Part shown: in pieces, positions 35,234 through 42,610 of the stretch
Numbering within the stretch: position 1 is the stretch's first letter
Layout: the number at the start of each line of letters is the position of its first letter
Source: a virus
Taxonomy: Duplodnaviria > Caudoviricetes
Length of the DNA stretch: 42,610 nucleotides
Direction: 5' to 3' (one strand)
Virus record (IMG/VR): IMGVR_UViG_3300020042_004769
Coordinates: 1 to 42,610 of that record
The notes under the pieces: generated by a model
What the model was told of the DNA's origin: nothing
The model's database searches: none
Seen by the model: only the letters and a program-made list of their open reading frames with translations
Position numbers and translations under genes: made by a program

Positions 35234-35560
35234 ATGGCTTTCAAGAAGGGTGAAAAGACTCCCGGCGCTGGTCGACCTAAAGGCAGCGTCAACAAGCGCA
35301 ACGTTGAGCGCCAAGAGATCTTCGACAAGATCGTTGAAAAGCACGGAGATCCTCTCGAGGCATTGGCAGAGATGGCTTTCGACCCTAACCACGACCTCTT
35401 GGTCCGCAAGGACTGCATGAAGGAACTGGTTCAGTATGGTCACGCCAAGAAGCGGTCTGTTGAGATCTCAGGACCTGATGGAGGACCCATTGAAGCACGG
35501 CTCGAGCTTGTTGGGCAGATCACCGACCTTATTGGCAAACTAAACGCTGGCGGCAAATGA
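35234..35560 (+). CDS. terS: Terminase small subunit (putative)
   Basis: AFKKGEKTPGAGRPKGSVNK N-terminus, EISGPDGGPI C-terminus; directly before terL; RBS AGGAG; TAGAAT upstream. Confidence 0.75.
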   Translation: MAFKKGEKTPGAGRPKGSVNKRNVERQEIFDKIVEKHGDPLEALAEMAFDPNHDLLVRKDCMKELVQYGHAKKRSVEISGPDGGPIEARLELVGQITDLIGKLNAGGK

Positions 35561-37032
35561 TCCTATCCAAGGCCGAGCTAACGACTATCCAGTCAAACCT
35601 CGCGACCCTGGATCTAGCAGACCTGGCTCACATAGCCTGGAAGCTGAAGTGGAAAGACACGGCTCGTGAGCAGCAGATGACTCCGACAGGTGATTGGGGC
35701 ATTTGGCTGATCTTGGCTGGTCGTGGCTTCGGTAAGACAAGGACAGGAGCAGAGGACATTGGCAACTATGCTGCCGACAACCCTGGTGTGCGCTGTGGCG
35801 TCATCGCGCCAACCTCAGGGGACATCAGAGGCGTCTGCTTTGAGGGTGACTCGGGCATCATGAACGTGGTGCCTCATTACCTCATAGACAACTACAACCG
35901 GTCCATCGGTGAGATCACCCTGAAGAACGGATCATCGATCAGAGGCTTCTCGGCTGAGGAGCCTAGTCGTTTGCGCGGTCCCCAGTTCCACCGAGTCTGG
36001 TGCGATGAGCTGGCTGCCTGGCAGTACGTTGACGAGACATGGGACATGATGAAGTTCGGTCTGCGCCTGGGCGACGATCCACGAGTCATCATCACAACCA
36101 CTCCTAAGCCTATCGATCTGGTCCGTAAGCTGATCAAGGACGCGGAGAAGAAGAACAGCCGAATCCGCATCACCCGAGGGTCTACCTATGACAACGCCGC
36201 AAACCTTGCCAAGTCCTTCCTTGCTGAGATCACACAGTACGAAGGCACGCAGCTTGGACGACAAGAGATCCATGCCGAGGTTATTGACCCCGAAGAGACC
36301 GGCATCATCAAGCGTAGCTGGTTCAAGCTCTGGCCGGCCGACAAGCCTTTGCCGCCTCTTGACTACATCGTTATGAGCCTTGACACGGCGTTCACGGAGA
36401 AGTCTGTAGACCGTAAGAGCCATGACCCTGATCCAACCGCGTGCTCGGTCTGGGGCGTCTTCCGCCACGAGAAGAAGCCAGCCTTCCTGCTGCTTGACTG
36501 TTGGCAAGATCACCTCGGTCTGCCTGGCCTGATCGAACGGGTCAAGAAAGAATGGGCGGTGCGGTATGGCGACGAGGACTTTAGGCCTATGATCAAGCCG
36601 TTGATTGGCCCAAAGCAATCGATGTTTGGTGGCAAGCAACCTGACCTAATGATTATCGAGGACAAAGGATCTGGCATCAGCCTGCGTCAGATGCTGGCCC
36701 GTGAGGACATCCTCGCCTATCCCTACAATCCTGGTCGTGCCGACAAGCTTCAACGCCTGCACGCGGTCTCGCATTTATTTGCACATGGATTCATTTGGGT
36801 GGTAGAATCGGACAAACGGCCTGGGAGCCCTCGCTCTTGGGCGGACCCTTTAATCTCGCAGCTGTGCAGCTTTCATGGTGAAGGATCGATTAAGCATGAC
36901 GACTTTGTGGACTCAACGACGCAAGCGCTTAGGTTGCTTGCCGATCGCAATAGTCTCTCAGTCACCAGAAAAGCAGAAGACAAAGTTGAACGGGACATCA
37001 AGCCAAGGCTTGTGAACCCATACGCGATCTAA
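35557..37032 (+). CDS. terL: Terminase large subunit
   Basis: Walker A AGRGFGKT, Walker B WCDE, TTTP coupling motif, nuclease acidic motifs SLDTA, IEDKGSG, HDDFVD. Confidence 0.95.
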   Translation: MILSKAELTTIQSNLATLDLADLAHIAWKLKWKDTAREQQMTPTGDWGIWLILAGRGFGKTRTGAEDIGNYAADNPGVRCGVIAPTSGDIRGVCFEGDSGIMNVVPHYLIDNYNRSIGEITLKNGSSIRGFSAEEPSRLRGPQFHRVWCDELAAWQYVDETWDMMKFGLRLGDDPRVIITTTPKPIDLVRKLIKDAEKKNSRIRITRGSTYDNAANLAKSFLAEITQYEGTQLGRQEIHAEVIDPEETGIIKRSWFKLWPADKPLPPLDYIVMSLDTAFTEKSVDRKSHDPDPTACSVWGVFRHEKKPAFLLLDCWQDHLGLPGLIERVKKEWAVRYGDEDFRPMIKPLIGPKQSMFGGKQPDLMIIEDKGSGISLRQMLAREDILAYPYNPGRADKLQRLHAVSHLFAHGFIWVVESDKRPGSPRSWADPLISQLCSFHGEGSIKHDDFVDSTTQALRLLADRNSLSVTRKAEDKVERDIKPRLVNPYAI

Positions 37033-37044
37033 CCGGAGTATTGA

Positions 37045-39576
37045 ATGGCTGACAACGAACAAGAATACGGCGAGATGTACGAGGTTGAGGACGACTCCAA
37101 GGTCCGTGATACCGATGACGGTGGTGCAATGGTCACCATCGATGAATCCCCAACGCCTGCCGACTCAGAGTTCTATGCTAACCTTGCCGAGAACATGGCG
37201 AGTTGGGAACTGTCAAGCCTCGGATCAGAACTCTGCGACATCTTAGAAAAAGACAAAGAAGCCCGCAAGAAGCGGGATGAGCAATACGAAGAAGGTCTGC
37301 GTCGTACAGGCCTTGGTGATGATGCCCCAGGTGGTGCATCGTTCACAGGAGCCAGCAAGGTTGTTCACCCTATGCTGACTCAAGGCTGCGTGGACTTCTC
37401 AGCCCGCGTCATGAAGGAACTCTTTCCGCCCGATGGCCCAGCCAAAGACAAGATCGTTGGCGAAGTTACTCTTGAGAAGCAAGAAAAAGCAGACCGCCTT
37501 GTCAAGTTCATGAACTGGCAGATGACAGAGCAGATGCCAGAGTTTAGATCTGAGCTTGAGCAGCTATCAACTCAGCTGCCTTTGGGTGGCGGTCAGTACC
37601 TCAAGATCACTTGGGATACCAACAAGAAGCGTCCTGTCCCTCAGTTCGTTGCAATCGACGATGTCTACTTGCCGTTCGCCGCAACTAATTTCTATTCGTC
37701 TGAGCGCAAGACACATGTGCAGTACTTGACTCGCATTGAATATCAGAAGCGTGTCGAGTCTGGTATGTACATGGACGTGGACCTGATGGCCAGTCCGCTG
37801 CCACCTGATGAATCAAAGGCCGAGACCGCTAACAACAAGATCGAAGGTCGTACTTCAGACAGCTACAACATTGATGGTCTACGCACTACCTATGAGTGCT
37901 ACATCATCCACGACTTCAACGATGAATACGGCTTGGCTCCATATGTCATCAGCTTAGACAAGGCAACGCAAAACGTGTTGGCCATCTATCGCAACTGGGA
38001 AGAAGACGACGAGACCAAGCAAGAGATGCAGTGGATGGTTGAATTCCCATTCGTGCCTTGGCGTGGCGCGTATCCGATTGGCCTGACGCACATGATTGGC
38101 GGCCTAAGTGCCGCTGCAACAGGTGCTTTGCGAGCTTTGCTTGACTCTGCCCACATCAACAACTTCCCAGGCTTGCTGAAGCTTAAGTCAGGAACAGGCG
38201 GCCAGACAGACCGCGTTGATCCGACCGAAGTGAAAGAGATCGAGGGTTCATTTGGCCAAGATGACATTCGCAAGATGCTCATGCCAATGCCTTACAACCC
38301 ACCAAGCCCAGTCCTGTTTACGTTGCTTGGCTTCTTGGTTGATGCTAGCCAGAACGTTGTCCGCACGACATTTGAAGACTTGGCTGACAGCAACGCTAAC
38401 GTCCCCGTTGGAACCACCTTGGCTCGCATGGAACAGGGCATGGTTGTGTTTTCAGCAATTCATGCTCGCTTGCACAACTCAATGGGCCGTGTGCTGAAGT
38501 TGTTGTTCCGCCTGAATAAGACCTACTTAACAGAAGCCGAAGTCTACGACGAGACAGGCGAACTGTTGGTCAAGCGCAGCGACTTCGATGGCCCAATGAA
38601 TGTGGTGCCAGTCAGCGATCCCAACATCTTCAGCGAAGCCCAGCGCTTTGCTCAAGTACAGGCAGTCATGCAGCGTGCCGAGAAGATGCCTCAGTTGTAT
38701 GACCTCCGCAAGGTTGAGACCATGTTCCTTGAGCGCTTAAAGGTGCCTCAAGGTAAGGACCTCTTGCTGCCAGCACCTAAGCCATTAGAGCTGAATGCGG
38801 TCAATGAGAACATTGCGATGACGATGCGCCGCCCTGTTGTGGCCTTCCCTGAGCAAGACCACTTGGCTCACTTGCAGGTCCATCTGGACTTCTTGACTAA
38901 CCCAATGTTCGGCAACAACAAGGCCATTGGCCCTGCATTTATCCCTATGATGCTTGACCATATCAAGGAGCACATGGTCCTTTGGTATGCAACTCAGATC
39001 TACCAAGAAGCTTCCGGCGCTGCCGAAGTAGACATTGGTGAGATTCAGAAGGATGCGACGACCGAGGAGAAACAAGCCCTTGACAAGCTACTGGCAACGA
39101 CAAGCCAGATCGTGACTAAACAGAGCCAAGAGGCCTTTGGTCAGATCCCGCAGATCATTGAACAAGCCATTCAGACCTTGCAGCAGATGCAACCGCCTCC
39201 TCCGCAAGATCCGTCAGTCCAGATTGCCCAGAAGCAGTTGGAGAATCAGCAAGCCAAGGATCAGGCCACGGCGCAGACTGCCCAGGCCAAGATGCAGCAA
39301 GACGCGCAGCTTAAGCAAGCAGACATCCAGGCCCGCAGCCAGGATACTCAGGCGACAATCCAAGCTCGCATCCAAGAGTTGCAAAATCAATTGCAGATCG
39401 AACAGATTCGTCAACAAGCCGAAGACAGTCGCGTGCAAGCGCAGATCCAGGCTCGCTTGGAGATGAACGAGTCCGACAACCAAACAGCCAAGCAGCTTGC
39501 CGCCCTAGAGGTAGCAACTGGCGAAAGATTTTCTGTCTCAACAGGGACAGGAATAAACCCCAACCCGCGCTCATAA
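37045..39576 (+). CDS. Portal protein with long Gln-rich C-terminal coiled coil
   Basis: 843 aa directly after terL; VVHPML, YPIGLTHMIGGL..ALRALLD, PVGTTLA, PVSDPNIFS; Q-rich barrel-like tail. Confidence 0.88.
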   Translation: MADNEQEYGEMYEVEDDSKVRDTDDGGAMVTIDESPTPADSEFYANLAENMASWELSSLGSELCDILEKDKEARKKRDEQYEEGLRRTGLGDDAPGGASFTGASKVVHPMLTQGCVDFSARVMKELFPPDGPAKDKIVGEVTLEKQEKADRLVKFMNWQMTEQMPEFRSELEQLSTQLPLGGGQYLKITWDTNKKRPVPQFVAIDDVYLPFAATNFYSSERKTHVQYLTRIEYQKRVESGMYMDVDLMASPLPPDESKAETANNKIEGRTSDSYNIDGLRTTYECYIIHDFNDEYGLAPYVISLDKATQNVLAIYRNWEEDDETKQEMQWMVEFPFVPWRGAYPIGLTHMIGGLSAAATGALRALLDSAHINNFPGLLKLKSGTGGQTDRVDPTEVKEIEGSFGQDDIRKMLMPMPYNPPSPVLFTLLGFLVDASQNVVRTTFEDLADSNANVPVGTTLARMEQGMVVFSAIHARLHNSMGRVLKLLFRLNKTYLTEAEVYDETGELLVKRSDFDGPMNVVPVSDPNIFSEAQRFAQVQAVMQRAEKMPQLYDLRKVETMFLERLKVPQGKDLLLPAPKPLELNAVNENIAMTMRRPVVAFPEQDHLAHLQVHLDFLTNPMFGNNKAIGPAFIPMMLDHIKEHMVLWYATQIYQEASGAAEVDIGEIQKDATTEEKQALDKLLATTSQIVTKQSQEAFGQIPQIIEQAIQTLQQMQPPPPQDPSVQIAQKQLENQQAKDQATAQTAQAKMQQDAQLKQADIQARSQDTQATIQARIQELQNQLQIEQIRQQAEDSRVQAQIQARLEMNESDNQTAKQLAALEVATGERFSVSTGTGINPNPRS

Positions 39577-39586
39577 GGAGTAAATA

Positions 39587-39814
39587 ATGGTAGCAATCAG
39601 CTTACACAAACAAATGGCCATGGGTAAAGGTTACCCAAAAGCCAAGAAGATCGCTAGCGATCCTTCACCGACCCCAGGTTTGCCAGATGCAAACTACAAG
39701 ACCATGGCTAAGATGAAGACCGAAAAGGTCCAAGGCGAAGGCAATGGCGGCACAAACAGCCAGCGCGGTAAAGGTCCTGACAAGATCTCCACCGTCATGG
39801 GCGGACGCCGATAA
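39587..39814 (+). CDS. Small basic hypothetical protein
   Basis: 75 aa, RBS AAGGAG. Confidence 0.65.
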   Translation: MVAISLHKQMAMGKGYPKAKKIASDPSPTPGLPDANYKTMAKMKTEKVQGEGNGGTNSQRGKGPDKISTVMGGRR

Positions 39815-40015
39815 GTGTTAGCAAAAATCATCACGACAATCCGAGCCGAGCAGTTGGCATTGGCCGTTGAGGCCATCAAAGTACCAACAGCAGAAGGCAA
39901 GGACATCAGCTTCGAATATGGAAAACGTCAGGGCATTTATGCAGGCCTTGACCGTGCCATCCAGCTGATTGAGCGGATCCACCGTGATGTTGAGAATGAT
40001 AGTCGAGATCTTTAA
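39815..40015 (+). CDS. Small hypothetical protein
   Basis: 66 aa, GTG start; YGKRQGIYAGL motif; between portal and GroES. Confidence 0.65.
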   Translation: MLAKIITTIRAEQLALAVEAIKVPTAEGKDISFEYGKRQGIYAGLDRAIQLIERIHRDVENDSRDL

Positions 40016-40036
40016 CCCCAGCATACGGAGAAGCGA

Positions 40037-40456
40037 ATGCTACTTGAAACCCCCATGTCCTTTACTTACGCCTCATTGGACGAGGCCTTCCCAACTGTAG
40101 ACTGCTGTCACGAGCCTTTGGGCTCACGCGTGATTGTTCAAGTCCGCAAAGCCAAGAACCAGACGGCTGGCGGTATCTACATCCCTGAAGAAGCAAGAAA
40201 AACAGAAGCCAGCAATACGCAGATTGCCAAAGTTGTGGCGGTCGGAACATTGGCTTACAAGAATCGGAACACCATGGAACTGTGGCCTGAAGGCTCCTGG
40301 TGTGAAGTTGGCGCCTACGTCCGTGTGCCTAAATACGGCGGTGATCGTTGGACAGTAAAGTCCGGTGACGAGGAGATCGAATTTGTGATGTTCAATGACC
40401 TGGACGTTCTTGCCAAGGTCACTGGGGATCCCACTGCGATCCGTGCGTTTATCTAA
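40037..40456 (+). CDS. groES: Co-chaperonin GroES (Cpn10)-like
   Basis: EPLGSRVIV, TAGGIYIPE mobile loop, AKVVAVG, EVGAYV..KYGG, NDLDVLAKV. Confidence 0.88.
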   Translation: MLLETPMSFTYASLDEAFPTVDCCHEPLGSRVIVQVRKAKNQTAGGIYIPEEARKTEASNTQIAKVVAVGTLAYKNRNTMELWPEGSWCEVGAYVRVPKYGGDRWTVKSGDEEIEFVMFNDLDVLAKVTGDPTAIRAFI

Positions 40457-40472
40457 CTGCTGAAAGGAGCAG
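40457..40472 (+). promoter_or_regulatory. RBS-containing hairpin (GAAAGG loop) upstream of the scaffold gene
   Basis: CTGCT-GAAAGG-AGCAG, ATG at 40476. Confidence 0.55.
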
Positions 40473-40475
40473 GCA

Positions 40476-41465
40476 ATGGCTGGAGAAAATATGCTCATCG
40501 AAGATGATGAGGACCAAAAGAAGGGTAAGCCTCAGGAAGTCGAGTTTGTCCCCGTAACCACTAAAGAAGGTGACGAAGACGATGACGACGACCACCCAGA
40601 GGATTCGCGTCTCTCAGAAGACAATGAAGACCGCGAAGAACTACGTCGCAAACGCCGCGAAGAGAAGACAGATCGCGCAGCGCGTAGAAAACAGGCAATT
40701 GAGCGAGATAAAACAGAGCTCAACTTCCTGAGGCAACGGAACGAGTCGCTTGAAAAGCGCATGTTCCAGGTCGAGAAGTCTGTTGTGGGAAATGCGATCT
40801 CAACTATTGATGACCGTATTGCCGACACGCTTGCAGAAGTTAAGGCCGCAGAAAGAATCATTGCTCAAGCCATCGATGCCGGTAACGGCGAAGATGTTGC
40901 TAAAGCCATGCGAATCCGCGACCAAGCCATGCAGAAGGCACAGCAGCTACAGGTCCACAAGCACCAGCAGAACCAAGTCGCCCAAGATCTGCATCAGCAA
41001 TCTCAGCAGCCAGCCCAACAGCAAGCTCAAGGTCCAGATCCGGACATTGCTAGCTTTGCTCAGGACTGGGTATCTAAGAATAGCTGGTACGATCCAAACG
41101 CCAAGGACGAGGCCTCGAAGATTGTTTTAGCAATAGATCAGTCTTTGGTAGAATCTGGCTATAATCCAAAAACAGAGGCATATTGGCGCGAGCTAGACAA
41201 GCGAGTGGCCAAGCGATTGCCAGACATTAAAGGAGGCGGGAACTATGACGACAGTCAAGACGATGATCGCCGCGGACAACGCAGAGGTCCGCCTATTGGT
41301 TCTAGCAGGGACCAGGCTCCGCAATCTACCCGCCGTGAAGTATACATCTCCCCAGAACGAAAGCAAGCTATGACTGATGCTGGAGTTTGGGAAGACCCCG
41401 TCCTACGCCAACGCTACTTAAAACAGTACGCAAAGTGGGACCGTGAAAACAATTCAACTCGCTGA
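40476..41465 (+). CDS. Putative capsid scaffolding protein
   Basis: 329 aa; acidic N-terminus, coiled coil, WVSKNSWY, YWRELDKR, C-terminal SPERK...YLKQYAK. Confidence 0.7.
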   Translation: MAGENMLIEDDEDQKKGKPQEVEFVPVTTKEGDEDDDDDHPEDSRLSEDNEDREELRRKRREEKTDRAARRKQAIERDKTELNFLRQRNESLEKRMFQVEKSVVGNAISTIDDRIADTLAEVKAAERIIAQAIDAGNGEDVAKAMRIRDQAMQKAQQLQVHKHQQNQVAQDLHQQSQQPAQQQAQGPDPDIASFAQDWVSKNSWYDPNAKDEASKIVLAIDQSLVESGYNPKTEAYWRELDKRVAKRLPDIKGGGNYDDSQDDDRRGQRRGPPIGSSRDQAPQSTRREVYISPERKQAMTDAGVWEDPVLRQRYLKQYAKWDRENNSTR

Positions 41466-41475
41466 AAGGAGTGAG
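41458..41475 (+). promoter_or_regulatory. RBS-containing hairpin (GAAAGG loop), second copy
   Basis: CTCGCT-GAAAGG-AGTGAG, ATG at 41480. Confidence 0.55.
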
Positions 41476-41479
41476 GAAA

Positions 41480-42013
41480 ATGACTGATGAACGCTTAAAA
41501 AAATCCCCTGATCTCGTACGCCAATCACGTGGAGCCACAGAACGCAATGTGACTGAAGACCGTGCCATTAGCGACGAAGATCGTGTTGAGATGTTTAGAT
41601 CTCAATTTTTCCAAGACGCATTGCCAGATCTGCCAAAGATCCCTGGCTTTCACACATGTTGGTTGACTACCACTAACCCCCGCGACTCCATTCAGCAACG
41701 GATCCGGTTGGGTTATCAACCTATTAAAGCCGACGACGTGCCTGGCTGGGAATACGTAACCATTAAGACAGGCGAATGGCAAGGGTTTATTGGTGTCAAC
41801 GAAATGCTCGCATTCAAGCTGCCGTTGTCTCTCTACACACGATTCATGCAAGAAGCTCACCATGACGCTCCTGCACGTGAAGATGAGAAACTTACGGCTA
41901 TATTGGACAGCATTAAAGAGTCTGCGGCAGCCGCGGGCGGGCGTGTGATTGAGGGTGATGGTATCGCTGCATTGCGCGAAAATCCTGGTCGAGCTAAATT
42001 TGAAGAGCTTTGA
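41480..42013 (+). CDS. Conserved head-module hypothetical protein
   Basis: 177 aa; PKIPGFHTCWL...RIRLGYQP...EMLAFKLP. Confidence 0.75.
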   Translation: MTDERLKKSPDLVRQSRGATERNVTEDRAISDEDRVEMFRSQFFQDALPDLPKIPGFHTCWLTTTNPRDSIQQRIRLGYQPIKADDVPGWEYVTIKTGEWQGFIGVNEMLAFKLPLSLYTRFMQEAHHDAPAREDEKLTAILDSIKESAAAAGGRVIEGDGIAALRENPGRAKFEEL

Positions 42014-42048
42014 TCATCCACTAATTTCTCTAATGAGGAAAAGCAAAC

Positions 42049-42610
42049 ATGTCTACTACTAGCACACCGTTTGGCTTCCAGCCCGTTTACCACGCAAGTG
42101 GTTTCGTGCGCCCGGCAGCCTTTACGCTGGCGGACAACGCTGCAGTGACCTTGTTGCAATACCAACCTGTGAAGATCAATACTTCCACTGGTGTTGTAAC
42201 TCCGGCCGCTGCTGGCGATGCCTTCGTCGGTACCTTTATGGGTGTTGAATTCACCGACAGCGATGGCCGTCGTCGTGTATCCAACAAGTTCATTGCGAAC
42301 ACCCCTGCAACTGATGTGACCGCGTATATCACGCGCGATCAAGCGATTGTTTATCAGATCCAAGCCAATGGATCGATTGCAATTAGCAACATCGGCAACC
42401 AATATGACTTTGGTTCGATCACCGCTGGTTCTACCACGGTTGGTCTTAGCACAGCTGTGTTGGACACTGCCTCACTTGTAGCTTCAGGCGGCACTGCCCA
42501 AATGCGCGTGATCGGTATCACACCCGGTCCCGATAACGCATGGGGTGATGCTTATACAATTGTCCAAGTTCAGATCTCTGAGCATCAGGACGTTGCCACA
42601 ATCAACGCTT
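42049..42610 (+). CDS. Putative head structural/decoration protein, 3'-truncated
   Basis: MSTTSTPFGFQPV...GTFMGVEF...VYQIQA...MRVIGI...; frame stays open to the window end; RBS GAGG. Not listed in the ORF track. Confidence 0.75.
   Translation, partial: MSTTSTPFGFQPVYHASGFVRPAAFTLADNAAVTLLQYQPVKINTSTGVVTPAAAGDAFVGTFMGVEFTDSDGRRRVSNKFIANTPATDVTAYITRDQAIVYQIQANGSIAISNIGNQYDFGSITAGSTTVGLSTAVLDTASLVASGGTAQMRVIGITPGPDNAWGDAYTIVQVQISEHQDVATINA

Larger units (their letters stand above)
1..42610. mobile_element. Tailed dsDNA bacteriophage genome segment (podovirus-like), incomplete
   Basis: terS/terL/portal/scaffold, nozzle and large ejection proteins, PolA/primase/helicases, holin-endolysin. No tape measure, sheath or tail tube seen; no host housekeeping genes; no integrase seen. 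Confidence 0.95.

Noticed and set aside
35932-36639. 235-aa minus-strand ORF and similar long antisense ORFs (16770-17315, 41857-42402, 2516-3046)
   Set aside because: They lie opposite well-supported plus-strand genes and show no recognisable motifs.
1-42610. tRNA/rRNA genes, integrase/att sites, diversity-generating retroelement, introns/inteins, alternative genetic code
   Set aside because: No cloverleaf or rRNA-like sequence, recombinase or reverse transcriptase motifs were noticed by eye. polA, terL and the helicases are uninterrupted and of normal length, and genes tile densely in the standard code. A tRNAscan/Infernal run would be needed to be certain.
42049-42610. Calling the last ORF the major capsid protein
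   Set aside because: Small beta-rich, Thr/Ala/Gly-rich sequence without recognisable HK97-fold features; more like a head accessory gene that precedes the capsid gene.

Overview
This window is most of a tailed dsDNA bacteriophage genome (Caudoviricetes, probably short-tailed/podovirus-like). It starts inside a holin gene and ends inside a head gene; no major capsid protein gene is visible, so it probably lies just outside the window. Gene order: lysis (holin, M15 peptidase); tail adaptor, fibre and nozzle; an acyl carrier protein plus a ketosynthase relic; four large ejection/internal virion proteins (to 16.3 kb); DUF932; a nucleotide-modification-like cassette (SAM methyltransferase, MazG-like NTP-PPase, NMP kinase fused to a UDG-like domain, Asp-type thymidylate synthase homologue, dCMP deaminase); PolA, nuclease, SSB-like protein, AEP primase, UvrD and SNF2 helicases; a run of small coupled early ORFs (30-34.4 kb); a divergent HTH/Zn-ribbon gene; terS, terL, portal, GroES, scaffold and head genes. 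Best leads: (1) the cytosine-directed nucleotide cassette in front of PolA; (2) a phage ACP with a decayed ketosynthase and a possible acyltransferase next to the ejection genes; (3) two ~170-bp covarying hairpin elements that bracket the whole 18.9-kb replication/early module; (4) a recurring xxGG motif in the ejection proteins; (5) twin GAAAGG-loop hairpins over head-gene ribosome binding sites. All product calls come from motif recognition by eye; no database searches were run.
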